NCBI RefSeq assembly: GCF_036321535.1
Contig: NC_087437.1
Coordinates: 121,770,001 to 121,834,000, forward strand
DNA length: 64,000 nucleotides
Direction: 5' to 3'
Source of the DNA: Camelus dromedarius
Taxonomy: Eukaryota
The first letter of the stretch is position 1. Each line of letters begins with the position of its first letter. The notes beneath the pieces were generated by a model that did no database searches, had not been told where the DNA came from, and worked only from the letters and a program-made list of their open reading frames with translations. Position numbers and translations under genes: made by a program. This document shows, one piece after another, positions 47,101-58,885 of this stretch.

Positions 47101-48849
47101 CTGGGAACGATGGCATTTATTTGAACTAAAGAGACACCCCAGGGACAGGAGGCTCGGGCCACTTCGGGACATGCGGGCGTTTCTCCCACGCGTCACCCAC
47201 ACTTGGCTCGGCATCGCTGCACGTGCTTTCCAAAACTTCTAAAACAGGTCGGGGGCAGCCAGCTTGTGTGCCCACGGGCTGGACAACAGGGTCACGGGGA
47301 GGGGCTCAGCCCCATCCCAGTAGCACGGGCTGCCACCCAGAAACGGCAGGGCTTGTTCACCCTGCACCACCAGGAGGAAAGGCCACAAGTGTGGGGACCT
47401 GGGGTGGGACGACGGGGGTGCAGAGAAAGGGCAGACGCAGAAGCCGGGGTCTCCGCCCGCATTCCAGGTGGCGACTGTTGGCCTCCGGAATCATCTCTCT
47501 GTTCATTCATTTGCCTCACGTGAGGTGAGTGTAGTGACAGCTCTGCAGGCGAGGTGGTCAGCGACCAGAGCCAGGACTAAAGTCCGCTTCCACACATGCT
47601 GCCCGGGAAGGGGAGGTGGAGGCACCCAGCCAGGTGCTCACCGCCGCAGAAACAGCACAGGGGGCGAGTGAGGTGCCCGAGCTCAGGAGCATCAGGCGGC
47701 AGGGCAGGCTGGACCCCAAGTGTCCTGACCACAGCCCAGCCCTGTGCTCCTTCAAGCCTCTTCAGGGCAACCGACGGAAGTACCGCTGGCCAGCCAGGAG
47801 GGTCAAGGGGAGGACAAGGACCATCAGGAGAAAGTTCCGACAGTTAACCTCCGGCCGCTTCAGATCACCCCCCCACACACACCTGCCCTGGGGGGAGCAC
47901 CAGCTGTGCCCCTGGCCCCGCCCCCCAGCATGGGGGAAGGCTTGGGGCCCAAGATCAAAAGAAAAGCAAACACCATCTCTCTCATCAGGTGCTTTTAAGC
48001 AGCTACCTCTCTCTTAGGTTAACATTGCTAGTAAGAAAGAGAAAAGCCTTAAGCCCCGCCTGCCCAGATCAGATAACAAAGTTCTGTGTTCCAAAGAGTA
48101 AACTAAAATCCTCCGGGCAGGACTGCTCTGGACACCCAACCCACAGGTTTAAAGCACCCTGGAGGTGTTGGTCATGTCTGCCCAGCACAGGTAACTCTAA
48201 TACTTGGGGTTATTAAACCCACCAGAGTCCCCTCTGAAAGTAAGGATGTGACAACACAAGATGACGCAGAGGCTGAGTGACACAGTCCATCAGGGTGAGG
48301 TAGGGGGAGATGCCACCAGGGACCCCTGGGGTCTGGGCACCTGGATCCCACACCTGCAGAGGGAGGGGGTCCTGCTGATTTCATGGGGCTGCAGGAGAGC
48401 CCTCCAGTCTCCCGTAGGAGGGGGCACCTGGTCACTGCTTAGCAGGGCGCCCAGCAGGTAGCGCCGACGACTATCTGACTGCACTTTGGGCAGCCTGCAA
48501 AACAGCTTCTAGATGCATCTGCATATTCTTCTGAGCCGGCCCAGATCCTAACTCGGATCCTAAGACCTGAGAGTGGGGCCGACACGGTGAGGAATTCCAC
48601 ACACACACACACAGGTGTGTGCCTGGTCACCCCCTGGACTCTCCAGGTCAAGCACTTCAGACAGGACTTGGGGAACAGTTCTCCGGGGGTAGAGTGTAAG
48701 TGTCCCACTGCCCTGGACAACCTCCAGCGCTTGGCTCCAACCACCCAAGGGCTGCTCCAAGGGGAAGTTGTTGACACCTACAGACTCTGGGCGCAGGAAA
48801 CAACGAGTTGGCTGGAGACCAGAAGCGCACTAGGGACTTCTGCACGTGC

Positions 48850-49820
48850 GCAAGGACCAAAGGTGACAGAAGCTCGGAGCAGGCGCCAGGGTTCCCACTC
48901 AGCACGAGACAGCGCGTGGGACTCACGGCCCCTGCACGCACCGCCCGCGCCCTGCGCCCACCCCGGCACAGGAGCCCACGCACCCCGCGCTCCTCCAGGA
49001 CCCCAGAGCTCTCCGCGCCTGCGCCACTGCGCCCACCCCAGGCCCCGCAGCCCCTGGCTTGCACCTCCGCGCCCACCCCAGCACCAGGAGTCCATGCACC
49101 CCGCGCTTTCCCGGGCCTGGCAGCCCCCGCCCGCGCCTCCGCGCCCACCCCTGCTCTCAGAGCCCACGCACCCTGCGTTCCTCCGGGGCCCCAAAGCTCC
49201 CGTGCGCCCCGCCCTCCCCCCGCGCTCCCCTCCGCCCTTGGCCCGCGCGTCCCTGCGCTCTTCAGAGACCCCCGCAGCCCGAATACTTGTGCGCTCCCGG
49301 CCTCCTCCGCTGGGTGCACGAGGGGACCACAGTGCCCACAATGCCCCGCGCCGCTCGCTTCCGGGAGGCAGGGGGAGGGGGCTCACCTGGTCCCTCCCCC
49401 GCCACGCGTCACCGCGGACGCCGCTCAGGATCTCGGACACGCTCTGCACGGTTGCCCCCGCGATCGGCATCGGACCGGCGCAGCAGCCCGCGCGCTCGCC
49501 CTGCGCCCCAGCGACTCCGCACTCAGCCCCTACTCCAGCCCACCCCGTCGCCGCCCCCTGGTCACACGCCCCTGCTCGGGGCGCCTGCCACTCCCGGAGC
49601 GTCCAAGGTCCCGGCCGCAGCCCTCACCGCACCGCGCAGCTCCCTCCCGGTCTCCTCGCCCTCCTCTCGTGCCTACCCACGCAGCGCCGGGCCCTGGTCG
49701 CTGGTCACAGCTCTGCCTTGTGCTGGAGGCCTCCCGGACCAGACCTGGACAGAGGCACCCCGGAGCTGTGACCGCCCCTTTGGACCAGTGCCGGCCCCCT
49801 GACTTCTGTGCAGCCTGACG
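48850..49820 (-). promoter_or_regulatory. CpG island: candidate proximal SLC19A1 promoter and non-coding exon (exon would end at 49387)
   Basis: Dense CpG; strong minus-strand donor CCAG/GTGAGC at 49387/49386; GC and CACCC boxes. Confidence 0.7.
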
Positions 49821-50540
49821 CCCTGCCGTCCTGAGCAAGAAGTTCGTGTACTTTTTCTTTTAGGTTCATTTAGAGCCATGCCTTCCCTAGCCAGCCGCAA
49901 ACTCAAGCCAGGAACATTGGTCACTGCGCCAGGCAGGACAGAAGTCCCCCTGCCGCCACGCAGCTGCCTCTGCGGGTCACCCTGACCCATATTTGGTCGG
50001 GTGTTTGCCTCGGAATTCTATCGGCTCCCGGAGGTGTGTAACACATTAGATCATGTGGGGCTCCAGCAAGACACGGAGGGGCTCGGCTTCTGGAGGGAGG
50101 CAGGTTAAGTCAGTGAGGGGTCTGCCCACTGCTACCTAGGCGGGCCTGCCAGCGTCCAGCTCTGGGGGCCCCCTCCTTCTAGGAGGAGAACTTTGAGAGA
50201 GGCTCCTCCTGGGGGGTCAACGGTGCCCAGTCTTCCACAGGGGCTCCTCCCAAGCTTCAGGAGGTGGAAGGTGGACTCATCCAGGCTTCTGGCTCCTGCC
50301 CAGGCCCCTCCAGCTCTGCCAGGACACAGTGGCCAAGGGACAGCGTTTGGGGGTGGCCTTGAGCTGTGCTGAGGAGTGGGTGGAGAAGCAAGGAGCTGAT
50401 TCCTCAATAGCAAAATGCCCAATAGTGAGGGGGAGGGGGAACAGGAGCCCAGGTGACTTCTGCTGAGTGAGATCAGGGAGGAGGGAGGGCTAGAGACTGA
50501 GAGACAGAGATGGAGGTAGGGGGAAGGGCCAGGCCAGGCC

Positions 50541-50582
50541 CGTGCTCAGTGCTGGAGGGACGTGCTCAGTGCTGGAGGGACG
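50541..50582. repeat. Perfect 20-bp tandem duplication (cgtgctcagtgctggaggga x2)
   Basis: Directly visible. Confidence 0.95.
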
Positions 50583-51449
50583 CAGGGCCATGAACCCGCC
50601 CAGCACACCCTGGCCACCCCAGTATCAGGACCCCTCGGGGAGTCTATGGCCTGTGGCTTGGAAGGCAAGTGGGATGGACCATGCCTTCCCCAACCCCCTC
50701 CCCGCCCAGGCCTCCACCACGGTGCTGTCCATCACCTCTGGAAGCAAAGCTGAGACCAGATGCCAACACACATAGACACACGCACACATGAACACACACC
50801 AGTGCCAGAGGCACCCCAACAAGCACCTTCCAGGAAGATTCCCCCAGAGGCACCCAAGGACGTGTCTGCCCCAGGGTCAGGCCAGGGATCTGGGCTCTGA
50901 CCCTGAGGCACTGGTCTGCGGGGATGGAGAGGCCCCAAGGGTCCTGCGTCCTGCACATCCATTCGTCTTTCACAAAAAATCCGCGCTAGCATCTCTGGTA
51001 CCTGAAGACTCGGATGAGGGTATCAGAAGGACTGAGGCGACTTCACAGGAAGAGAGAAGTGAGGGTCAGGACACCTCCAGGGCCCTGGTGGGGGTGGGAT
51101 GGATGGATGCCTGGGTGCCCTCACCTCCACCCCAGGGTCACGGAGCCTCTGTTGGTGTTGGGGTTGTGTCAGGACAGGAGCAGACAGGGTGATACTTGCC
51201 GGGAGCAGAGGTCTTTTTGAAAGGTGCGCGTGACCAGGGGCGGGTCACCACCACTTGACTCCAGCCAGAGGATGACAGGCGATAACCTGGTTGGAGGTTG
51301 TGCGCTGAGGCGGGACTTGCCTGTGCACTCCTGCCTCTCACTCAGACATGGCCTGGTGGAGAAGTTCTGAGAGTGACACCGTCTTGTGCAGAAATACAGA
51401 AACACGCAAGGAAAATGTGGCCACAGCAGCCTCGGAGGGGAGATGACAT

Positions 51450-52070
51450 AGATCGTACATAGTGAGCATATAGAAGACTTAAATCCCACTGTGAACGACT
51501 TTGATTTTATTTTTTATATGAACTGCAGAACGCATAGATAGAAGACATTTTTTTCTAAAGTCCCATAGAAACGTTTAAAAGATGACCCAAGGTAAAGTGC
51601 AAATCAAAGCTCAAATGGATTTCAAAAAAATGAAAAATCACTTAGGCCACCTTCTCAGGTCTTAACTCCATAAAACTAAGTATTAACGATACAAAAAAGT
51701 GCAGCCCACCCTGACTGGCTAAACAATTTCAGTGGTTCTTCCAAATGAGTCATGGGGTCAAAGAGCAAGTCAAGCTCGCCTCGGTGACACCCACCACCCT
51801 CAGACAAAGCGCCCCAGGAGCATTCCTGTTAAATGATGTTTATCATGTCCTGGTTTTGCTGTTGAAAGAAACCCAACAGTTAACTCAGAAACCAGAACCT
51901 AAAAGAAAACGAACAAAAGAAAGTAGGATGAAATAAATGAGGAGAAAAGCAGAAATTTACTAATTGGAAAGCAAGTAAATTTTGATTTTTTTAAAATCGA
52001 AACTATAATTCCTCAAAAAATTAAAATCACATGGCACTGGTCAATTTGACCAAAAACAGTAAAAACGAAT
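51450..52070 (+). mobile_element. Degraded L1 ORF2 fragment
   Basis: A-rich island resembling the L1 endonuclease-to-linker region (acattttttt ctaaagtcccatagaaacgttt..., ccaccttctcagg, aaactaagtattaac). Confidence 0.55.
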
Positions 52071-52679
52071 GTCCTGGAGGACGGCCTCTGAGCGCAGCCC
52101 CCGCGCCTGCGCAGGACCACTGACAGAGACCACGTGGGGGGGGGAACCCACGTCCTGAGGGAGGGGGGCACCTGCAGGGAGCCCAGGCTGCCCCCACCTG
52201 GAGCTCCTACCCTCTGCCCGACGTCAGCCTCTTCATTTACTGCAGTTCTGCTCCCCTCTGTTTTATGGAAATTGGCAAATAGAAGTTTAAGTTCATTTCT
52301 AAGACTAAGACAAAACCAAGGAAACGCCAAGAAGAGCCCTTCATGAGTCACTCTGCTCGGCAGTGGTGTCAGGAGGGGTCCGGCGCGTGGCACACGGGGG
52401 CGCCGGCGAGGACCACTGCTGCCGCCCAGGAGGGGCCCCCAGAGCCAGGTCCCACGGGGCCGCGTGGGGCACACGGAGGTGGGAGGCGCCCTGCCTCCAG
52501 TGAGGAGGCCCCACACGCAGGAGGAGGATTCAGAGGACCAGAGGACGCGGACGGAAAGCTGGGGAGACCAGGCCCGGGAGGATGGGGAGGAGGGGGCAGG
52601 AGGGTCCGGGATGCGCACCGGTCGACCCGAGTCCTGGAGAGAGACAGACCCCGAAGTGCAAGGAGGGATCCGGGGGTCT

Positions 52680-53310
52680 GTAGCCTGGGCGGCGGCCCCT
52701 GCGGCTGAGGAGGGGGCCGGGGTTCTCCAGGAGGTACGTGTGAGGTCACGTGGAGGCTGCGTGGCCGCGAGTGCGCCTCAGCCCAGAGCACGCCTGACCC
52801 TCCCCGAAGGCGCCTCGCGGCTCTGGGGCACTGCGCGGTCCTGCGACCGAGGCCCGGGCCAGCGCCCCGTCCCCCTCGCCCCTCCCCACCTCCACGGCCC
52901 CTCCCTGCCCCAGCCTCTTGCCCCCTCGAAGCCCCGACTCACGGCCGTTTCCCCCGATGCCCGTTTCCCCATCTCCACAGGCTGGGCCTGGACCCCCAGG
53001 AGCTGGGGGGAGACGGGTCCCCGGCCTTGCACCCTCTCCGGGCAGTGCGGGCTTCCAGCAGGAGGCTCCGGGAGGGGCAGCGCACCCGCGGCAGGTCGCA
53101 CCGCGGGGAGGGCCGCGCGCAGCGGCCCGACGGCACGGCCCCCGCCCTACACCCGCCCAGGCGCCGCGCCTCCGCCCACCGAGCGCCCCCTCCCCGTGCC
53201 GCCCGGTCCCCACCCCCGCGGCCGGAAGCCCGAGCGCGGCCCTGGGGCAGAGCTGTGAGGGCAGCGGGGCCCCGCGGGGTCGGGGCAGGGCCCCGCCCTC
53301 GGCAGTTCTT
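52680..53310 (-). promoter_or_regulatory. CpG island: candidate distal or major SLC19A1 promoter and non-coding first exon (exon would end at 52943)
   Basis: Very high CpG density; CCGCCC GC boxes near 53141, 53153, 53172 and 53293; no TATA box; minus-strand donor GCC/GTGAGT at 52943/52942. Confidence 0.72.
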
Positions 53311-53892
53311 TCGTTGCTGTTCTGAGTGGTTTTCACTGTGCGGATGCGCCGCCTGTGTTTATCCTTCGTTCCTTGACGGACGTTTGGGTGGTTGCCAGTT
53401 TTAAGGACTGTAGCTAAAAATACGCTGCAGACATCTGCGCGGGAGTCTTCTTGGGAACGTTGCGTTTTCCCCTCTTGTGAGTGGATGCCTGCGCGTGGAC
53501 TGGGGGCCTTGTCGTGGGAGTACGTTTAACCTGGCGAGAGCCTGCCCGGCGGCGCCGCCCGCCTCACACGCTTGTGGACACAGTGCGGTCAGCTCTTCAC
53601 CTGGCCTTTGCAGTGGGCGTGATGTGGCGCCTCTTCCCTCGACGGCAAACCTGTGATGTGGCGCGTATTCCAACCTGCCGGCTAGTCTTTGTAGGTTGTG
53701 TTCACTGTCTGTTCAAATCGGTTGCACGTTTAAAACCTGAGTATTTGTCTTCTCTTCAGTGAATTGCAGGGCTTCCTAAGTATTCTGGATGCGAGCCGGC
53801 TGCTAGATACATGGAATGTTGTTACTAATGTTCGCCCCCAGGCGCGCCTTGTCTTCTCGTTTGCTTAATGGTGTCTTTTAAAGAGCAGATTT

Positions 53893-54040
53893 GGAGGGGG
53901 CGGGTATAGCTCGGTGGTAGAGTGCACGCCCAGCATGTACGAGGTCCCAGGTCCAGCCCCCAGTACCTTCACCAAAAGTAAAAAATAAACCTAATTACCT
54001 CCACCCTAAAAAATTAAAATAAGAATTAAATTAGAAAAAT
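53893..54040 (+). mobile_element. tRNA-derived SINE of camelid type (Vic-1/SINE_Vpa-like)
   Basis: ggggcgggtatagctcggtggtagagtgcacgcccagcatgtacgaggtcccaggtccagcccccagtacc (Pol III A box and degenerate B box), then aaataaacctaattacctcc and an A-rich tail. Confidence 0.85.
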
Positions 54041-54177
54041 AACGAGTAGAGCGTTTAATTTTGGTTAAGTCCAGTCTATCCGTTTTTTCTGCCCTGAATA
54101 TTGCTTGCTGTATCCTGAGAAATATGTGCCCATCCCGAGTCTGGGGAAATTTTCTGCTGCAATGTTTTCATCCCTAA

Positions 54178-54361
54178 CAGCGCTGACCAGCAGACGTCTC
54201 TGATGACAGAGACGACGGGCCGTGTCTCTATCCTGTCCAACAGGCAGCCACCAGCTGCAGGTGAGCATGAGAAGTGTGGCTCGGAACTGACTGTTCACTT
54301 CACTTCAATTAATTTAAATGTAAGTATGTGTAACTAATGGCTCCCCAAATGGACAACACAG
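54178..54361. mobile_element. MER3-like hAT-Charlie MITE
   Basis: cagcgctgacca...ctgtccaa..cagccaccagc...gtgtggct..gaactga...aattaatttaaat...tggacaacacag with imperfect terminal inverted repeats. Confidence 0.7.
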
Positions 54362-57196
54362 ATCTAGACGTTTTACGGATTTAACTTTTAAACTGAGGTT
54401 TGTCAGCTGGAAGAGAAAAGCATGATGTGCGAGTCCTGAGTTCAGCTTCACGTGCGGACGCGCTGAGGACTGCAGGCCCGGAGACAGCCTCCCAGGAGCT
54501 CTGGGCAAGCACTCCGCAGAGGTGAAGGGCAGACGCCAGTGTGTGTGTGGTTTTGGTGAAGAGGGTCTGTGCAGTCAAGCATGTGTCTCCGTAGAAGGTC
54601 ACCCGGAGCAGGTGTCTCTGTTAGTGGTTTTAGTGCCTTTCTGGGTATGACAAGATGCAAGAAGTTGGGTTCATAAAATTTTCTCTTGAAGTATTTATCT
54701 GCAGTCCTGTCCTTCCAGTTTTCCCAGAGCACAGAGTGCCTCACGCCAGATCTCCGCCCTGACCTCCTGTCAGGTGTGTTAAAGGTCACTGACCGCTGGG
54801 TCCAGTGACTTCATTCTTGTAGAACCAGATGGTGAGTGGCTTTTTGGCTGCCAAGCGCATCGCCTGTTTCTAATGCGTGTTTGTGAATGTGGATGCCCTG
54901 TGGGTACCCAGCTGTTCTTGCACAATTGGTCCAAAGACTGTTCTTTCTCGAACTGAATTATGTGGACACCTCTGTTGAACATCAGTTATCTACGTACACG
55001 TGGTCTTTTCCTGGACTTATTTGTCGCCTTTGATTTCCCGTGTGTATGGCCTTCCCACCTCCCACTTAGCTTTTCTTTCTCAAAACTGATTTCCTGTTGA
55101 ATGTCTCTTACCTTTCTATATAGATTTTGAATCAGCTTCTCAATTTCTACAAACTAGAAAGCCCACTGAGATTTTGATTTTGAGATCAACTTTGAGAATT
55201 TTCACCCTAGCAATGAGCTTTCCAATCTGTGAATGTGGTATATCTTTATTTACCCCTTTCTTGAGATAATCTTTGATTCCTCCCAGCAGTGCTTTGTGGT
55301 TTCCAGTGTAAAGAACATGCAAATTTTCATTAAATTACTTCTTAGATATTTTATGACTTTACTGTTACTGGAAGTGGGTGTTTTAAAATTTTTATTTCCC
55401 AATTATTTGTTGCTAGTATGTAGAAGCACAGTTTATTTTTGTATGAACTTGGTGTCCTGGAACCTTGCGAAGTTCACTTATTAGTTCTAGTGTTTGGGGG
55501 TCAATTTTTTTAGAACTTTCTGTGCTCACAATTGTGCTTCTGTGAGTAGAATCTTTCACGTCTTCCAGGTGACCTGAGCTGGGAAGCGAGGGTGGGGGGC
55601 TCGCTCTCCCCTCTCCCGTCTCCCCAGATCTTTGGGACTCACTGCCCCCCCCATCCACCTGCCAGAAGAGCTTGTGGGGGAGGTGGTGAGGGCAGGACAG
55701 CCCTCTGCTGCTCCCTCACTATTTTCAAAGCATCCTAGCCCTCGGGAAGGAGAGGGCTACTACTCGGGGCCCCTGGCAAGACCCAGCCACCACCTCTGCA
55801 GAGCTGGGGGAGCAGGCTCAGCCAGAGGAGGCAGGGTGTGTCGGGTGTGCCGGCAAGCGGGTCGAGAGGAGGAAGGAGGCCCTTCTCAGAGCAGAGGGTA
55901 AACAAGCATGAACTGCTAACAAAGACCCTGCCGCTCACTTGGGTAAATCGCACCTCCACAAAGTTGAAGAGAAGAACAGGGCTGTGCTCTTTAGAAAGCA
56001 AGCTGGAGACGCTCAGCGGGACCTCAACTGGGCTACAAAGCTGCAGGGAGACACCACGGGGCCCCGGAAACCACATCCCGGACATGTGCGTGGGAACTGC
56101 TGTGTCTGGGAAACGCAGAGAGCAAACTGGATCACAGGATCACGTGCCGCCGCTCTGTTCAAGCCTGTGTGTGCGTGGTGCATGTGCGCACGGGCACGTG
56201 AGTGTGAGTGTATAAAGAAATTGAAAGAGCTTGCCATCTCAGGTCCAGCCCGTGCACACTCTCAGGTCAGTAGAGCTCCCTCCCCCTCCCCTCCCCTCCC
56301 CGTCCCCGCCCCTCCCTCTCCCCTCCCCCTCTGGCCCTCCCTCTGCTCCCAGATGCCTGCTTTCCTATCTCTCACCTGTTGATTTGCATGTGTGTCACTT
56401 GTTGGTCCCCCCACCTCAGCCCCTCTTCAGCCCCAGGAGCACAGGGACTGTCCCTTTACCAGGTCCCAGGACCAGGACCAGAAGAGGGAGGCACATGGAA
56501 AAATTGAGCAGGTGCTGCTCCAAGGCCAGGCCCTCAGGTGAGGGTGTCTCTGGTCGTTCTTGTCCTGAGTCATGCTCCTGGCTTCTCTGCTCAGTAAACA
56601 AGGAACCATACAGACACCTTGGAAAGAGCCTCAGGCTGGCCGGGCGAGCGGCTGGCTGGCCACTGGGGGGCAGTGTGGCTCTGCCTGCAGCTGTGTGATG
56701 CGTGGCCCGGGGACGCCGCCGAGGGGACTCCTGGGGTCCAGGCTGGCACCGCTGCCCAAGGAGTGCACGTCTGGGGAGTTTGGGCCAGGGCCAGCAGGCA
56801 GCCTCCACTTGCTCAGGCTTGGGACCGCCTGAGGATCCTGGGTTGGGGGCAGGCAAGTCACCCTCCCCACCAGGACAGGGGCCTGGCCCAGAGCAGCCCC
56901 AGGCCGTTCCTGACCTCCTCCCCTCAGCTGAGCCCTGCTGGTCCCAACTGCTGTCCCCTGCCAGCCAGGCCTGGGCTGAGCACGCCCCCCTCAGGGCTGC
57001 CTGACCTGACACAGGGCCTGCCTGCCCTGTTCCTGCCCCAGGAGAGAGCAGGACAGTTCCCAACGTGTCCACTGCTTTGCTTACTTTGGCACAAGACTTA
57101 GGGCAAGAGACGTGCTTTTTCTCCCAGCAAAACTGAGTGAACGGATTCTCCCACGTTCTAAACATGCGCATTCACAACTGATACAGGAAAAATGGA

Positions 57197-57835
57197 TGTG
57201 GGGTGAGGAGGGCCGTGTCCCAGGTCTCGGTGGAGCCCTGGGACACGCCCCGCCGAGTGTGGGTCCTTGGCTTCACGTAGGAAAGAATTCAAGGAGGAGC
57301 CACATGTGAGTAAAGGTAGGTGTATTCAGAGAGACACCCCCCCCCCCCCAGACAGAGTGCAGGCTGTGTCTGAAGGCAAGCGCGCGGCCACGCGCTGCGG
57401 GGCGGGTGCTCAGGGTAGCTGAAGGCAGGCGCACAGCCCGCACAGAGCGCGGGCGTGCTCTGAAGACCAGGGAGCGAGAGAGGTGGTGAGGCGTGGTGTT
57501 GCCAGTTCTCATGGGCTCGGTAGCTTCACGCGCCAGCAAGAGGGCCGACCTTTCCAGCCACTCTGGGGAAGAGGCTGGGATTCCCAGCAACTGGGCCGCG
57601 CCCACTCTGACCGTTTGTGCCAGCCTCGGGGCGGCATGGCGCCCGTGGGTGTCATTTCCTGTGCCGCTGCATCACAGCGAGCAGACAGCGAAGCTCGAGT
57701 TCTGCCACAAGTCAGATCTCCTGTCGCCTTAATCCTCGAGGCCCTACTGGGGGTCGAATCTTCCACCACGTGGGTGTTAGGTGCTGTGACATTTCTTGAA
57801 TGGCTGTGCCCTGCCCCCTTCCCTTCTGTCCCACA
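57197..57835 (-). mobile_element. Probable ERV1-class solo LTR (boundaries approximate)
   Basis: TG...CA ends; ggtccttggcttcacgtaggaaagaattcaag..gagccaca..gagtaaaggtaggtgtattcagagag motif resembles antisense ERV1 LTRs; no target-site duplication recognised. Confidence 0.55.
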
Positions 57836-58390
57836 GCTTGAGTCTCCTGCCTTTGCCCCCAGGAGGAGCCAGCTCAGCCCTGGGTAAACCCTGGCTGCCT
57901 GTGACTGAGGCGGTGGAGCCTCCCTGGGGCCAGGGGGCCGATGCGGTCATCTTTACTCTTTCTATCATTACTGACAAATTGATAGATGAACATTTTTGTT
58001 AGTGTTTGGGCTTTTTTCCTACTTTTATTTTAGTTTACTTTTAACCTGTTGTCCATATTTGCAGATCCTAGCATTGTGCCTTGTTTCCATTTTCAGCGGA
58101 GAACCCGGAGTCGCACCCCGACCGCAGCCCTCCTCTTCCCCCCGGAGGCCCTGTTGTGAATTCGGGGTGTGTGCGGCTACTCCGTGGGTCTGTGTTTCCT
58201 GAACGTTGTGCCCTGTTGTTTGACCTGTTATAAGTGTTCAGGTAAATGGCTCTGAAACTGGCTTATCTTTTCCTGCCTTTTCTGAAAGCAGAGTTGTTGA
58301 GATGGCCGCTGTCAGGACGTGACCACCAGGTGGCAGGCGGCTGCTGGCATCAGGCCCCGGTTCCACAGCTCCATGGGCAACTCTTGGCAG

Positions 58391-58885
58391 TGTTGACTGA
58401 AATAAACGCGCAGCCTAAAAGTTACAAGTTATGTTTTATTTGGCGGGAGGACTTGAGCCGGGGTGACAGCCTCTCAGGTGGCTCTGAAGGACGGCTCCGA
58501 AGAGGTAGGGGAGGAGCTAGGATGTACAACAAAGACCAGGTAGTTGGAACAATGAAAGATTACTTGTTATCTAAAGAGAATCAGGCATCTCAAGGTAAAG
58601 AATTTAGCGCTGTTCTATGTACGGGAGGAAGCAAACATTTGGGCTCACTGAATTCATTCCTTCGACAAGCACCTGGCTATCTAGGGCCAGTGTCCTGTCC
58701 TTTCTTATTCTGAGTCTGCTCAGGGTGCACCTTTGTGAGTGGCTGCAGAGGCCGGGCTGCAGAGGCCGGGCTGCAGGCCTGTCCCCACTGGGGGGTGGCG
58801 GCAGCCGCTGATGACTTGGTTTCAGCATTCTTTGTTTACTGATATAGTTGCAGTATTTTCACTCACGGCAGTATTTTTGTTCACA
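58391..58885 (-). mobile_element. MER41-like ERV1 LTR, the 3' LTR of a minus-strand provirus
   Basis: TG...CA termini; ttttatt (minus-strand AATAAA) at ~58434-58440; gacagcctctcagg..gctctga..gacggctccgaagagg motif; minus-strand polypurine tract AAGGGGGAG just before the LTR. Confidence 0.8.

Larger units (their letters stand above)
53305..55560 (-). mobile_element. Old L1 3' end and ORF2 remnant, fragmented and interrupted by a SINE and MER3
   Basis: tgtgtttatcc..gacggacgtttgggtggttgccagtttt; tgttcactgtctgttcaaatc; tagattttgaatcagcttctcaatttctac; gatattttatg...ttgctagtatgtagaa: L1 reverse-strand signatures. Confidence 0.75.

Noticed and set aside
53896..53970. tRNA gene
   Set aside because: Degenerate B box and stems, followed by a SINE body and A-rich tail; it is a tRNA-derived SINE
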